From positions 1,408,001-1,472,000 of the forward strand of contig OZ241857.1 in NCBI GenBank assembly GCA_965203315.1: a stretch of 64,000 nucleotides of DNA, read 5' to 3'. Of this stretch, positions 17,542 to 28,326 are shown piece by piece. The stretch is from Nitrosopumilus sp. Lineage in GTDB: Archaea; Thermoproteota; Nitrososphaeria; Nitrososphaerales; Nitrosopumilaceae. Positions within the stretch are counted from its first letter, which is position 1. Every line of letters begins with the position of its first letter. The position numbers were made by a program, and so were the translations under genes. The notes under the pieces are model-generated. The model saw only the letters and a list, made by a program, of their open reading frames with translations. It was not told the origin of the DNA and did no database searches.

Positions 17542-20500
17542 GTGAGTGATCAAGAGACCAATCAAAAAAAGTTAACCAAAAACTACAAACACTATCAAGA
17601 CAAACTCTTACAAGTCACAAAGCGAAATCGTTCTGTCCTTCTCAAAAGAATTTACACCAAACATAACTTTGATCTAAAACAATTGGATGATCTAAAAGAT
17701 GGCACCGTAAATAAAATACTCTTAAAGGCAATTAAAAATATCAGCGCGTCTATCGATGATAAAATAGACGAAGGCAAGTTACAGAATATTCTCTCGGACT
17801 CGATCGAAGCCGAGTCTGCTGATTCGATGCGATCTAAATTAAACTCTCTAAAGAGAAATCTTGTATTAATTGAAGAAGAGACTGGACAGCAGACCGGTTA
17901 TCTAGGATTTCCGTTTCTCGAAGGTCATATAGATCCAGACTTTTATGTTAGAGGACCAATCGTCTTGTTTCCAATATCGATAGAGTATATCAGACGATCA
18001 AGAAATAGCGGTTGGTTCTTGCGTCTTGAGGATAGACGACCGATACTAAACGGTGCATTGATTGTAGCACTCAAGAAGAGAGGAGGATACACACTACCAG
18101 AAGACTATGAAGAGACGTTTGATGAGATGATCGAGAGTATCCCCAAATCTACAGATCAAAGTACATTCTTTGATATGATAAACGAGTGGGTCAAGACATT
18201 GATCCCTATACAAGACACACTAAATGTACCCGAGAGTGTAAAGCTTGACACATTAAGTAAAGAGAGACTATCGACTCTAGATACACAAAAGTATCATCTG
18301 GTCAACTATACAATAATAGGAAACTTTCCACAAGCAGATAATCAGATATACAAAGACTATAACAAATTGATCGAAGATGCTAATCCAGGCCAAGTAGTAT
18401 CAAATCTATTAGATATTGTAGACGATATCACACATACAGATGAGATCGATGATCCATATACAGACGAGTATGATCCTGATACAAAAATAAACGGCAACGA
18501 TATGCTCCTAAACCTAGCACTCCCAAGTGACTCTAGTCAAGATCAGGTAATTCTAGAATCAAAGAGTTCAGATCTAGTAGTTGTGCGAGGACCGCCAGGC
18601 ACAGGCAAGTCTCAAGTTATAGTAAATCTCGTAACAGATGCATTATGCAACAATAGACGAGTTGCAGTGATATGTCAGAAACGTGCTGCACTCCAAGTCG
18701 TTAAACAGAGATTGGGAAAGATCGGATTAGATCAGTACGTGGTATTTTTAGGAAAAGAGTCAGATGATAGAAGAAAGATGTATCAACAGTTACATGATAT
18801 TATCATGAGAGATCCAGAACCGATATCTAGTTCTGAGAAGACGATTCAAGATATCTCAAATGATATAGACAATTGCATAAAGTACCTAGTAGATATCGGA
18901 ACTGCACTAGTACGAGAGTACGATGGCGCAACTGCACACAAGATATACTCTAAAGCAGATGGCAAGTACAAACGTGTACTAGATATCTCTGATCTCAATC
19001 TAGAGTGGAAAAGGTTGGACAGATACATACAAGATATCGCAGATGTTGAGGATCAGTTTAAAAGATTTGAAGACCAATCTCACCCGTGGTTTGGTAGAAT
19101 AAACTTTACAGATATTGGTATATTGGAGAGAGACGAGATGATAAGAGATCTAGAGTATCTCCTAGAGATCACTCCCAAGTGTATACTTGTACAAGATCAA
19201 AAACTTCAGATACGTTTAGAGTCACTCTTTGACACATATCTCAATGATCCTGGCTTTTTAAAGTTCAGACGGCGAGGAGCAAAAAAGGAGATCAAGAGTA
19301 TAATGTCTCGTGATATTACAGATCAGTTTGTAGCAGAGTCGTTTGACAAGATCAAGAGTGGTATAAAATTTTGGAGGCGATTTGAGAGACTATTAGGGAG
19401 GTTTGGTGATGATAGAGCAGATGTGTTACGATCTCATATAGGTACAGATACTCTGACATCTAGACTTACAAAGATGAGAGAGACACTTGATCAGTTTGAT
19501 GCCATGCAAGAGTTTGATAAAAAAAAGTTGGAATACGACAAATCGATATTTGCACTGTTATCTCAAGCAAAGACTCGTATGAGTATGGACTCTAGCTGGG
19601 CTCCAAATATCAGACAAGAGATATACATACATTGGCTCGCACATATCGAACGAGAGAATCCAATTCTAAAAGGTGAACCTAAAGCCAACTATGAATCACA
19701 TAGAATGAGACTTGCAGAACTGATGGACGAGAAACAAAAGATAGTCATAAAGACCATAACACGAAACATAGTAGGAAGAATAAGACAGAATGATATCTAT
19801 GGACGAAAGACTAGAGCCAATCAAAAGTTAAAAGACTTTGTAACAGAGTTGAAGCGCAAACGCAAAGTGAAACCTGTTAGAAGATTGTTTGAAGAGTACT
19901 CTAAACAGATGTTTCAAATTGCACCCTGCTGGCTGTTGTCACCAGAGATGGTCTCCAAGGTATTTCCATTAGAGAGAGATCTATTTGATCTCGTAATAGT
20001 AGACGAAGCTAGTCAGCTTGCAGTAGAGAGATCCATACCGTTTATTCATAGAGCGAAACATGTGGTTATTGCTGGAGATGAGAAACAACTCTCTCCATTT
20101 GATCTCTTTCAGATCAGTGAAGACGAAGATGAAGACGACGAGATAGTGATAGAAAAGAGTCTGCTAGAACTTGCTAGAACTAGATACAAGACCACCAATC
20201 TCAGTTGGCATTATCGATCCAGGTATCAAGAGTTGATAGACTTTTCAAATCATGCCTTTTACAATGGACTGCTAAACGTTGCACCAAATGTGATGATATC
20301 TCCCCCACGCCCTCCAATTCGATTCATAAAATGTAATGGAGTGTGGGAGAATCGCAGTAATATTGTTGAAGCAGAACGAATAGTAGACGAGATAAAGAGT
20401 ATCTTGAGGAACAGCAGAGATCTGGGAGAGGAGTATCCATCGATCGGCGTTATAACCTTTGGTGATGAACAACGTGATATAATAGACGATAACATCAACA

Positions 20501-21249
20501 AGATGCAGTATAACGATCCAGAGTTTGCAGAGATGTACAATACTGCATATGCCAATGCAGATAAAGACGACAGACTCTTTGTAAGAAATATCGAGAACGT
20601 TCAAGGTGACGAACGTGACGTAATAATCTTCTCGATCGGATACGCGAGAGATCATGATGGAAACTTTGCAAACAGATTTGGAACCCTTAGTGTAAAGGGA
20701 GGAGAGAATAGACTAAACGTAGCAATAACTAGGGCAAGACGTTCCATGATTGTGGTATCTTCCATCGAGCCTCAAGAGATCAAAGAGACATCAAAGAACG
20801 ATGGACCTAGACTGTTACGTAAATTTTTAGAGTATGCAAAGATGGTCGATAGCCTCGATACAAAGGGCAAGGAGAGGATTCTCGGTGAGATCATACCAGA
20901 CATGCCGAGAAGACAAGAGGAGACGATCTTTGACTCAGAGTTTGAGAAAGAGGTCTGTCAGCGTTTGAGAGAGAATGGCTATGAAGTGGATACACAGATT
21001 GGGTCTTCTGGTTATAGAATAGATCTCTGCATAGTACACCCCAACGATCCCAAACGTTATGTCCTCGGTGTAGAGTGTGATGGTGCAACGTTTCATTCTG
21101 CAAAGAGCGTAAAAGAGAGAGATGTGATGCGACAGAGATTTCTAGAAGACAAGGGTTGGCATATTGAGAGGATTTGGAGTAGCAACTGGTGGAGAGATCC
21201 GGAACGAGAGATATCTAGGATCAAGACTGTTATTGATGGTCTTTTATGA
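17542..21249 (+). CDS. DUF4011 + Upf1/Dna2-like SF1 helicase + C-terminal restriction-endonuclease/Vsr-like domain
   Basis: N-term KLLQVTKRNR...EETG...YLGFPF; GPPGTGKS, VDEASQ, GDEKQL, HYRS, ENVQGDERD, RLNVAITRAR; C-term DSEFE...RIDL...VECDGATFH...RQRFLE..GW..ERIWS. Confidence 0.88.
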   Translation: MSDQETNQKKLTKNYKHYQDKLLQVTKRNRSVLLKRIYTKHNFDLKQLDDLKDGTVNKILLKAIKNISASIDDKIDEGKLQNILSDSIEAESADSMRSKLNSLKRNLVLIEEETGQQTGYLGFPFLEGHIDPDFYVRGPIVLFPISIEYIRRSRNSGWFLRLEDRRPILNGALIVALKKRGGYTLPEDYEETFDEMIESIPKSTDQSTFFDMINEWVKTLIPIQDTLNVPESVKLDTLSKERLSTLDTQKYHLVNYTIIGNFPQADNQIYKDYNKLIEDANPGQVVSNLLDIVDDITHTDEIDDPYTDEYDPDTKINGNDMLLNLALPSDSSQDQVILESKSSDLVVVRGPPGTGKSQVIVNLVTDALCNNRRVAVICQKRAALQVVKQRLGKIGLDQYVVFLGKESDDRRKMYQQLHDIIMRDPEPISSSEKTIQDISNDIDNCIKYLVDIGTALVREYDGATAHKIYSKADGKYKRVLDISDLNLEWKRLDRYIQDIADVEDQFKRFEDQSHPWFGRINFTDIGILERDEMIRDLEYLLEITPKCILVQDQKLQIRLESLFDTYLNDPGFLKFRRRGAKKEIKSIMSRDITDQFVAESFDKIKSGIKFWRRFERLLGRFGDDRADVLRSHIGTDTLTSRLTKMRETLDQFDAMQEFDKKKLEYDKSIFALLSQAKTRMSMDSSWAPNIRQEIYIHWLAHIERENPILKGEPKANYESHRMRLAELMDEKQKIVIKTITRNIVGRIRQNDIYGRKTRANQKLKDFVTELKRKRKVKPVRRLFEEYSKQMFQIAPCWLLSPEMVSKVFPLERDLFDLVIVDEASQLAVERSIPFIHRAKHVVIAGDEKQLSPFDLFQISEDEDEDDEIVIEKSLLELARTRYKTTNLSWHYRSRYQELIDFSNHAFYNGLLNVAPNVMISPPRPPIRFIKCNGVWENRSNIVEAERIVDEIKSILRNSRDLGEEYPSIGVITFGDEQRDIIDDNINKMQYNDPEFAEMYNTAYANADKDDRLFVRNIENVQGDERDVIIFSIGYARDHDGNFANRFGTLSVKGGENRLNVAITRARRSMIVVSSIEPQEIKETSKNDGPRLLRKFLEYAKMVDSLDTKGKERILGEIIPDMPRRQEETIFDSEFEKEVCQRLRENGYEVDTQIGSSGYRIDLCIVHPNDPKRYVLGVECDGATFHSAKSVKERDVMRQRFLEDKGWHIERIWSSNWWRDPEREISRIKTVIDGLL

Positions 21250-21264
21250 TCGTGATAGTATAGG

Positions 21265-21338
21265 CGGGTCTAGAGGGATTCGAACCCACGACAGCAGGAT
21301 TAAGAGTCCTGTGCGCTACCTGGCTGCGCCATAGACCC
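21265..21338 (-). tRNA. tRNA-Lys(CTT)
   Basis: gggtcta/tagaccc acceptor, cagga-ctcttaa-tcctg anticodon arm, ttcgaat T-loop (one T-stem mismatch). Confidence 0.93.
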
Positions 21339-21387
21339 ATCGCCTGAGTACAGTAAAAAATCGAGTTGTTATTAATCTTGAGATTAT

Positions 21388-21987
21388 CTATTGAACTTTT
21401 GCTTCGATCTCGTTGTATCTTTCGAGGATTGCAGTGAGAACAGTTGATACTGGAACATCATTCATCTTCTTCTTCTCTGTTAGCAGTTTCTGGTATGCAT
21501 CAAGCGTAATGTATACGGGGATGGAACCATTTCCTTCTAACAGACCACGAACGTTATACAGAGCAGTCTCCATACCGCGCTCGGCAGATTTTGCAAACTT
21601 GGCCTTGTCTAGTATGTTGCCCAGAGGACCAAAAGGCATCTCGTAATCAACCGACATCGTAACTCGTGTCAGATTGTTGGCAAGTGCTTGAAACTCGTTT
21701 GTGATATGCCATCGCTTGAATGGTCCATCGATCTGTTTTGCAGATATTCTCTCATTTCGTACAAACTCTGTCGTCTCACAGTCCCACTCTAGACGCTTAC
21801 CACCAAAGTCACCAATCACTCTAAATGTAGTACCTACACCCATCCCCTCCTTGATATCCATGGGAATGACGGTCATGCCTACCGCATCAGACTTTAACTG
21901 ATCAGATACATGCTCGGGTCTTGCAAAGTATGTAAAGACATTCTCTACAGGCGTCTTTATGTCAATAGACTTTGTAACTAAAGTCAA
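21388..21987 (-). CDS. SRPBCC/START-like protein
   Basis: KSIDIKTPVENVF, GVGTTFR, QIDGPFKRW, VDYEMPFGPLG. Confidence 0.8.
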   Translation of the reverse strand: MTLVTKSIDIKTPVENVFTYFARPEHVSDQLKSDAVGMTVIPMDIKEGMGVGTTFRVIGDFGGKRLEWDCETTEFVRNERISAKQIDGPFKRWHITNEFQALANNLTRVTMSVDYEMPFGPLGNILDKAKFAKSAERGMETALYNVRGLLEGNGSIPVYITLDAYQKLLTEKKKMNDVPVSTVLTAILERYNEIEAKVQ

Positions 21988-22091
21988 CGATTTGGCTTCT
22001 AGTCAATAAGGATTTAAAGGTTTGTAAGATGTTGTGATCGTTGAGTATATCTGGATAAAATCTTGTAATATATTTGTCGATTGTACAATAA

Positions 22092-22598
22092 ATGTACATG
22101 AAATATACCTGCATGTGGCTCATAGTTCTTGTTGTGATGATACCGTTTGTAGATGCATCAGCACACTCTATGTTCAACTCGGCAGAAAAGTTTCATGCTG
22201 GATATAGAGTGCAGGTTGCAACGGCTCCCGAGTTTCCACAGATAGGTGAACCATCAGAGTTTCTCATTCGTGTGACGGATAGCAACTTTGAAGAGGTTGA
22301 TCGCTTTACCATGGGAATAAAGATCTTTTTCAACGGAGTCCAAGTGGATACGATCCCACCAACCAGCATCGAGGGTGGTCATTGGGACTTTGACTATACG
22401 TGGAGAACGCAAGGAAATCATATTGTAGAGGTATATCTGTACGGTATGGATCCAGATATCATAGTTTACAAGTTTAACATGGGTACACAGAGCCCATTCG
22501 GATACATCTTTATCATTGCAATAACTGTGGGTGCACTATGCTTTGCTGGTGTGATGGGATACATTTACGTGCCCAAGATCTTCAAGTCTAGACTCTAG
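22092..22598 (+). CDS. Exported, C-terminally anchored hypothetical protein
   Basis: Signal peptide ending ASA-H, beta-rich domain, C-terminal TM helix; start may be 22098. Confidence 0.7.
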   Translation: MYMKYTCMWLIVLVVMIPFVDASAHSMFNSAEKFHAGYRVQVATAPEFPQIGEPSEFLIRVTDSNFEEVDRFTMGIKIFFNGVQVDTIPPTSIEGGHWDFDYTWRTQGNHIVEVYLYGMDPDIIVYKFNMGTQSPFGYIFIIAITVGALCFAGVMGYIYVPKIFKSRL

Positions 22599-23031
22599 TA
22601 GATATAACATTACGAGATATCCTAAACGCAAAGAGTGTAGTTAACAGAACCATCGCAAACAATAGTATCCCGATACCTAGATGGGTGGCAACCAGTACTG
22701 CGTGTAGTTTTAGATCTATGACTAGAGCGCCTAGCGTGATCTGTGTTATCACAAATGCAGTGGCAAGAGAGCTCGTGATCTTTATCTTTAGATCTGCATT
22801 ACGGTTGATCAGTGCAGCAACCATCGTTGCAATGACTAGTCCGCCAGTAGTGGCTGCGACGAGTCTGTGGATCCACTCTATCAGGTACTCCTCAGACGGC
22901 AGCACTCCATTTGGACATAATGGCCACTCTGGACATGTGAGTCCTAGACCGGCTGCAGAGATGTATCCTCCTATAAACATCAAAGAGTACAGTACAATCA
23001 TCGTTGTTAGAGCTAGATATTGAATGGCCAA
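22588..23031 (-). CDS. ctaA: Heme A synthase (short 4-TM CtaA/COX15 type)
   Basis: GLGLTCPEWPLC, EWIHRL, QITLG; in oxidase cluster. Confidence 0.88.
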   Translation of the reverse strand: MAIQYLALTTMIVLYSLMFIGGYISAAGLGLTCPEWPLCPNGVLPSEEYLIEWIHRLVAATTGGLVIATMVAALINRNADLKIKITSSLATAFVITQITLGALVIDLKLHAVLVATHLGIGILLFAMVLLTTLFAFRISRNVISTRV

Positions 23032-23033
23032 AA

Positions 23034-23987
23034 CTATTCAACGATAAAGGTCCCTTGCATTCCTTGAATCGAGTGTCCGGGTACAGTACATATGTAATAG
23101 TATGTACCAGGAGCACCAGCAGTAAAAGTTACACTACCTGTCTCGCCTCGACTCATGGGGCTGGTAGCTGACGCAATCTCTGAGTCCCAGACGATGCTGT
23201 TCAAGTCATTGGGGTTTGATACTATAGCAAACGAGTGGAGTGATATTCCTTTATGCTCTACATCTATTGTGACCTCGTCACCAGATGCAACTCGAATCTC
23301 GGGATTGTGTCCCTCTTCACCTGGTAATGCATTAAACGCCATGGTTACAAAGTCGTCACCTTCGATAAAGTCTAGTTTGAACTGATGTGATATACCGGTC
23401 GGTTCAGCTGCCTCAGCTGCTGGCTCGTCTGATGAAGGGCCTACGATGATCTCTCCCTCCATCCCTTGAATTCGATGACCTGGAACTGGACATATGTAAT
23501 AGTATGTACCCTCTTCGGCAGCTATAAACTCTGATGTACCACTCTGATCCTTTCTCAATGGATTTGCTGCAGTACCGATCTCGGTTCCTGGAATGATCCC
23601 TTCGAGTCCTTCCTCGTTTGCGGTTACACCAAATGCGTGAAATGATATTCCTTCGTTTACTAGATTGAATACAACTTTATCGCCTACATTCATGTGTATG
23701 GTGGGATTGCTACCCTCTTCACCTGGTACAGCATTGAACCCCATAGTGATAAAGTCATCAGCCTCGACGAATGTCATGTCTTGGATTATGGTGTCGCCAG
23801 TATGTGGTGCTGGAGCGTCGATCTCTACTGTACCTGCCATCATTGCAACTATTGGTGCAGGTTCTGATATCCAATAGTCCCAGAGCGAGAAGAATATCGC
23901 ACCACCTACTATACAGATGCCTAGCATTATCGCCATCATCTTGCCTGTCCTAGCGGGTGTCGTTCTGTATACGTACTCTTGTTCCAT
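23034..23987 (-). CDS. Membrane-anchored two-domain blue copper (cupredoxin) protein
   Basis: Two type-1 Cu motifs YYYICPVPGHRIQGM and YYYICTVPGHSIQGM. Confidence 0.9.
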   Translation of the reverse strand: MEQEYVYRTTPARTGKMMAIMLGICIVGGAIFFSLWDYWISEPAPIVAMMAGTVEIDAPAPHTGDTIIQDMTFVEADDFITMGFNAVPGEEGSNPTIHMNVGDKVVFNLVNEGISFHAFGVTANEEGLEGIIPGTEIGTAANPLRKDQSGTSEFIAAEEGTYYYICPVPGHRIQGMEGEIIVGPSSDEPAAEAAEPTGISHQFKLDFIEGDDFVTMAFNALPGEEGHNPEIRVASGDEVTIDVEHKGISLHSFAIVSNPNDLNSIVWDSEIASATSPMSRGETGSVTFTAGAPGTYYYICTVPGHSIQGMQGTFIVE

Positions 23988-23995
23988 GATATCTC

Positions 23996-25522
23996 CTAAT
24001 GTGATGGGTTCTTGGCCTCAAACGGATAATAGTATTTGCCACCTAGTCCAAACGGATCGTCGGTGTTTGCCAACTTGCCTTTGCCTGAACTATATATCAT
24101 ATTTGCTAGAAATATTGCCATACTTACACCGATTATCATGGCACCAATACTGGCAATCTGATTCATTGCGATCCATTCTGGAATTGGTGGATAGTCGAAT
24201 ATTCGTCGTGGCATTCCGTACAATCCCAGTACGTGTTGGGTAAAGAAGACCATGACGGTTCCGATAAACGACAGAATAAAGTGAATCTTGCCCATCGCCT
24301 CATTGTACATTCGTCCCGTAACATATGGAAACATGTAGTAAAAGTAGGCGATCGAACCAAAGGCTATCGTTCCCATTACAAATAGATGAAAGTGTCCAAC
24401 GACCCAATAGGTATCGTGCGTAGTAAAGTCCAATGGCATTGCGCTGTTTACTACCCCACCAGCTCCTGCTGAGAAGAAGAGTGCAATTCCACCTACTGCC
24501 CACATCATCGGAGTTGAGAATCGTATACGCCCGTTCCACATAGTTGCTATAAAGTTAAAGACATGCATGGCAGATGCTGGAACTGCAGCTAGTGTTCCTA
24601 CCATGAATACAGTCTTTTCAGTAAATGACATACCTGTAGCATACATGTGGTGTGCCCACGATGAGAAACCAACTATAGATAGTAAAACAAACGCAAAGAC
24701 CCCCGAGTTGTAACTAAAGATGGGCTTGCGTGAAAAGCGTGGAATGATCTCATACATCATTCCGATGGCAGGTATGACCAGTACATAGACCTCTGGATGG
24801 AATGTAAACCAAAAGAGATGTGCATAAGCTATAGGGTCACCTCCAAGTGCTGGATTGAAGAATCCACTTACGCCCAATCTGTCTGTTAACAGCATCAAGA
24901 GTGCAGCTGCAAATGTGGGTATTGCTACTAGAATTATCAGTGATGATGAGAGAAAAGACCATGCAAGGAGTGGAACTTGGCCTATAGACATGTCTGGGTG
25001 TTTACATTTTAGAATTGTAACAACAAAGTTTATAGCTCCAAGAACAGAAGATATGCCTAGAATCTTCAATCCAAATATCCACATGTCTGCAGCAGGACCA
25101 GGGGCACTGATTATCGAGTATGGTGGAGTCGCATACCATGTAAAGTCTGCAAAGCCCAACCAGATCAGTGCACCGGATGGAGGGATCATCCAAAATGCGA
25201 TCGCATTCAGTTTTGGATATGCCATGTCCTTGTATCGAACCATTATTGGGACATAATAGTTACCTACAGCTGATGCAAACGGAATTATAAACAGAAAGAT
25301 CAATGTTGTGCCATGAACTGTAAATATTCGATTGAACGTCATAGCGTCTGCAATGATCTGAGCGCCAGGCAGAAACAGTTCCAGACGTATTGCAAGTGCT
25401 AGCGCACCACCTAGGAACAAGAATCCAAGCGATGTTATCAAGTATAACAGTCCGACATCTGTATGATGCGTAGAGAACATGATCTGCCAGATTGGACGTG
25501 GTCTCTGTAGTTCTAAAACCAT
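23996..25522 (-). CDS. coxA: Heme-copper terminal oxidase subunit I
   Basis: HLFWFTFHPEVY, WAHHMY, VGHFH, GMPRR. Confidence 0.97.
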   Translation of the reverse strand: MVLELQRPRPIWQIMFSTHHTDVGLLYLITSLGFLFLGGALALAIRLELFLPGAQIIADAMTFNRIFTVHGTTLIFLFIIPFASAVGNYYVPIMVRYKDMAYPKLNAIAFWMIPPSGALIWLGFADFTWYATPPYSIISAPGPAADMWIFGLKILGISSVLGAINFVVTILKCKHPDMSIGQVPLLAWSFLSSSLIILVAIPTFAAALLMLLTDRLGVSGFFNPALGGDPIAYAHLFWFTFHPEVYVLVIPAIGMMYEIIPRFSRKPIFSYNSGVFAFVLLSIVGFSSWAHHMYATGMSFTEKTVFMVGTLAAVPASAMHVFNFIATMWNGRIRFSTPMMWAVGGIALFFSAGAGGVVNSAMPLDFTTHDTYWVVGHFHLFVMGTIAFGSIAYFYYMFPYVTGRMYNEAMGKIHFILSFIGTVMVFFTQHVLGLYGMPRRIFDYPPIPEWIAMNQIASIGAMIIGVSMAIFLANMIYSSGKGKLANTDDPFGLGGKYYYPFEAKNPSH

Positions 25523-25596
25523 GACTCGTTATCCTCACATGTTGTGTTGTATATATCTGATAAAAGCGTTATCAGGTGTAGTGGAGTTGTAGTCAA

Positions 25597-26022
25597 TTAT
25601 GGCTCCTCCACGTATAATGTTCCACGCATATTATAGTGTATTAGACCACAATACTCTCTACACTGTATATCATGTACTCCGGGTTTGTCTGGGGCAAACC
25701 ATACGGTGTTGACTCTACCCGGTATTGCATCCATTAATACGACATAGTCATGAATGTTAAAAGAGTGATTTACATCGGTAGACATGATCTCAAACTTGTA
25801 TGCTTTGCCTGCCTTTACATGTAGTTGACCGATCTCTTTAGTGCCGTCTTCGTGTTCAAATGTCCAGAACCACTGTTGTCCAGTAACCTTTATGATCTCG
25901 GCGTCCTCTGGCACATGCTCTACTAGTCGTTCTACCTCCCATGCTTCGGCTCCAACCCAAGTCATCAATGCTATGACCACGCCTACATAGATCCATTCTG
26001 GCCAGTTTGAATGTCCGCCCAT
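25597..26022 (-). CDS. coxB: Heme-copper oxidase subunit II (CuA domain)
   Basis: GQQWFW, DVNHSF, CREYCGLIHYNM. Confidence 0.93.
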   Translation of the reverse strand: MGGHSNWPEWIYVGVVIALMTWVGAEAWEVERLVEHVPEDAEIIKVTGQQWFWTFEHEDGTKEIGQLHVKAGKAYKFEIMSTDVNHSFNIHDYVVLMDAIPGRVNTVWFAPDKPGVHDIQCREYCGLIHYNMRGTLYVEEP

Positions 26023-26024
26023 CT

Positions 26025-26276
26025 CTACCAGTCCGTACCCTCGTATGGTGTTGGTTTGGCCTTGGGGTGTGACTCTCTAAATCTCCAAACGAGCCAGATT
26101 ATTGTACCCGATACCACTGCACCTACCGTAAACGCAACAGTCATCATTCTAAAGAACAGATTCCATATCACTACACGTCTATCTAGATACTCACCAGGCG
26201 CATCACCTGCAGCTAGTGCTATCTCTATAGCTGGAACCATCAATAACGACATAAAAAGAATCAACATCCACTTCAT
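26025..26276 (-). CDS. Small oxidase subunit (separately encoded subunit II N-terminal membrane part)
   Basis: Signal plus TM helix ending WRFRE; first gene of the cox operon. Confidence 0.7.
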   Translation of the reverse strand: MKWMLILFMSLLMVPAIEIALAAGDAPGEYLDRRVVIWNLFFRMMTVAFTVGAVVSGTIIWLVWRFRESHPKAKPTPYEGTDW

Positions 26277-26379
26277 TGTGATTGAATCTCGTGAACTGTA
26301 ATTTCTATTTAAGGGTTTACTAAAAATTTGCGATCTTGTCGGTAAGCGATCAATACTGGTTCAAATGCTGAAGAATCCT

Positions 26380-27003
26380 CTAATAGACCTGACCAAAGCG
26401 AGTCGGATGCATGACGTTCAGTCCACCAACTGTAAAGCCGTTCTCATTTGGATAAAATATATTCAATGACGCATTTGCAATAACCAACTCGAAGAGGTTT
26501 GTAGATGAGAGATCTACTGCCATTGATAACATAGCTTTTATCGGATCCATATGTGTAACCAAGACAACATTCTCGTTGTGATGTTTATCCATAACGTGTT
26601 TTGTAATGCTGGTGACTCTGGACTTTACCTCTGCAAAGGTCTCTACACCATTGTGTGCTATCTCTAACTCGCCGTTGTAAAATTTTAGAAATACATTTCC
26701 ATGCGTCTGAAAGATATCATCATATGCCATACCAGTAAACTTGCCCATGTCGAGTTCGATCAAACGATCATCTGATATGACATCTAGATTGTTGTATTCG
26801 GCGACGATCTTTGCTGTGTCATCTGCTCGCTGTATTGGGCTCGAGTATATTGCAGATATGTCCATCTCTGATAGAAACTTTGCTGCATCTTGAGCTTGAG
26901 TTACCCCTGTCGGTGTTAATGGAATACCTTCAGTACGACCTGCAAGTACTCGTTTTATATTGTTCTCTGCTTGGCCATGACGCAGAAATATGATCTGACC
27001 CAA
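26380..27003 (-). CDS. Histidine phosphatase (phosphoglycerate mutase) family protein
   Basis: FLRHGQ, IYSSPIQRA, RLIELDMG, LVTH. Confidence 0.9.
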   Translation of the reverse strand: MGQIIFLRHGQAENNIKRVLAGRTEGIPLTPTGVTQAQDAAKFLSEMDISAIYSSPIQRADDTAKIVAEYNNLDVISDDRLIELDMGKFTGMAYDDIFQTHGNVFLKFYNGELEIAHNGVETFAEVKSRVTSITKHVMDKHHNENVVLVTHMDPIKAMLSMAVDLSSTNLFELVIANASLNIFYPNENGFTVGGLNVMHPTRFGQVY

Positions 27004-27054
27004 TAGACCAAGATTTGAATAGAGATAATAATAAGATTGGCTGGACACGTTTTA

Positions 27055-27720
27055 TTGAGAGTTGGAATAGTTGGTGGCACAGGTGGTATGGGTAAAGGTT
27101 TTGCATTACGTTGGTCACCTAGACATGATGTTATTATAGGCTCTAGAGATCCTAAAAGAGCGGCACAAGTAGCTACCGAGTATACCGAGCTTGCGCGTAA
27201 TGCATTTGGTGATATAATGACTATTACGGGTAGTGACAATAAGACTGTTGCAAAGAGTAGTGATGTGTTGATACTGTCTATACAATATGAGAATATCGAC
27301 TCTGTATGTAGTGAGATATTGCCTCTAGTTAGTGACACATGCGTTATAGTATCTCCTATTGTTCCTATGGACAAGACCGATGTAGGATTTGAGTTTATTC
27401 CGTTACGTGACAATAAACCATTCTCGTACCAACTCGTATCAAAGTATGTACAAGATACATCGAGATTGGTATCTGCATTTCATGTAATATCTGAGAAGAA
27501 ACTTGCAGATCCAAAACTAGATCTAGATTATGATATCTTTGTCTGTGGACAAGGTTCAGCAGTAGATACAATTAATCAATTGATATCAGAGATTCAAGGA
27601 CTGCGTTCCATATATCTTGGACCTGGTAGTCTATCATATATGGCCGAGATTGCAACTCCGATACTACTAAACGCCATGATCCGAAACAAGATAAAGAATC
27701 CCGGAATCAAGATTGTATGA
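27055..27720 (+). CDS. npdG: NADPH-dependent F420 reductase
   Basis: VGIVGGTGGMGKGFALRW, IGSRD, SAFHVISE. Confidence 0.85.
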   Translation: MRVGIVGGTGGMGKGFALRWSPRHDVIIGSRDPKRAAQVATEYTELARNAFGDIMTITGSDNKTVAKSSDVLILSIQYENIDSVCSEILPLVSDTCVIVSPIVPMDKTDVGFEFIPLRDNKPFSYQLVSKYVQDTSRLVSAFHVISEKKLADPKLDLDYDIFVCGQGSAVDTINQLISEIQGLRSIYLGPGSLSYMAEIATPILLNAMIRNKIKNPGIKIV

Positions 27721-27947
27721 GTAGCGAGTATTATAGACGTGGAAGAAACTGGTTTACTGCAATAGGCGTAATGTTTATTGTAATGGCCGGAATAGTTCTG
27801 GTGCAACAGTTGTTGATATGGGGACACGAGTTTGTCTTGGAGTTTCTAATGAATGATCAACTCACAAATGAAAAGTTCTCATTTGGAATGCTTGGGTTTG
27901 GTACGTTTATGGTTGTTTGGGGGTTTAGACATGTCAAGACGCGATGA
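27717..27947 (+). CDS. Small two-TM membrane protein
   Basis: Two hydrophobic helices; overlaps both neighbours like an operon member. Confidence 0.65.
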   Translation: MSSEYYRRGRNWFTAIGVMFIVMAGIVLVQQLLIWGHEFVLEFLMNDQLTNEKFSFGMLGFGTFMVVWGFRHVKTR

Positions 27948-28326
27948 GTTTCTACGATCACAAAAGATCTTACATCTAGGAACATTTGGAGAGACTCCTC
28001 ATGTAGTTCCTGTTTGGTATATGTATAGCGCAAAAAAATTTTACGTTGGTACAAACACTAGAACACAAAAAGTGAAAAACCTGAGACAGAACTGTAATGT
28101 TGCTATATGTGTAGATACTGGAGTAAACTCACCTGACATCTATGGAGTGATGGGTCAAGGAAGAGTAGAGTTGATACTAGACATGTCACGAGTTAAAAGA
28201 ATTGCAATCAAGATACTATCTAGATACTATGATGATATACAGAACAAATCTGCACAAGAGTTGTTAAATGATACGGACTGTATACTAGAGATTGTACCGA
28301 CTAGACTCGTTGTCTGGAAGTACTAG
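27931..28326 (+). CDS. Pyridoxamine 5'-phosphate oxidase-like (probably F420/FMN-binding) protein
   Basis: PHVVPVWY, KVKNLRQN..VAICVD; follows npdG. Confidence 0.85.
   Translation: MSRRDEFLRSQKILHLGTFGETPHVVPVWYMYSAKKFYVGTNTRTQKVKNLRQNCNVAICVDTGVNSPDIYGVMGQGRVELILDMSRVKRIAIKILSRYYDDIQNKSAQELLNDTDCILEIVPTRLVVWKY

Noticed and set aside
22588-26276. Split oxidase subunit II and cupredoxin replacing cytochrome c
   Set aside because: Standard for ammonia-oxidising archaea, not novel
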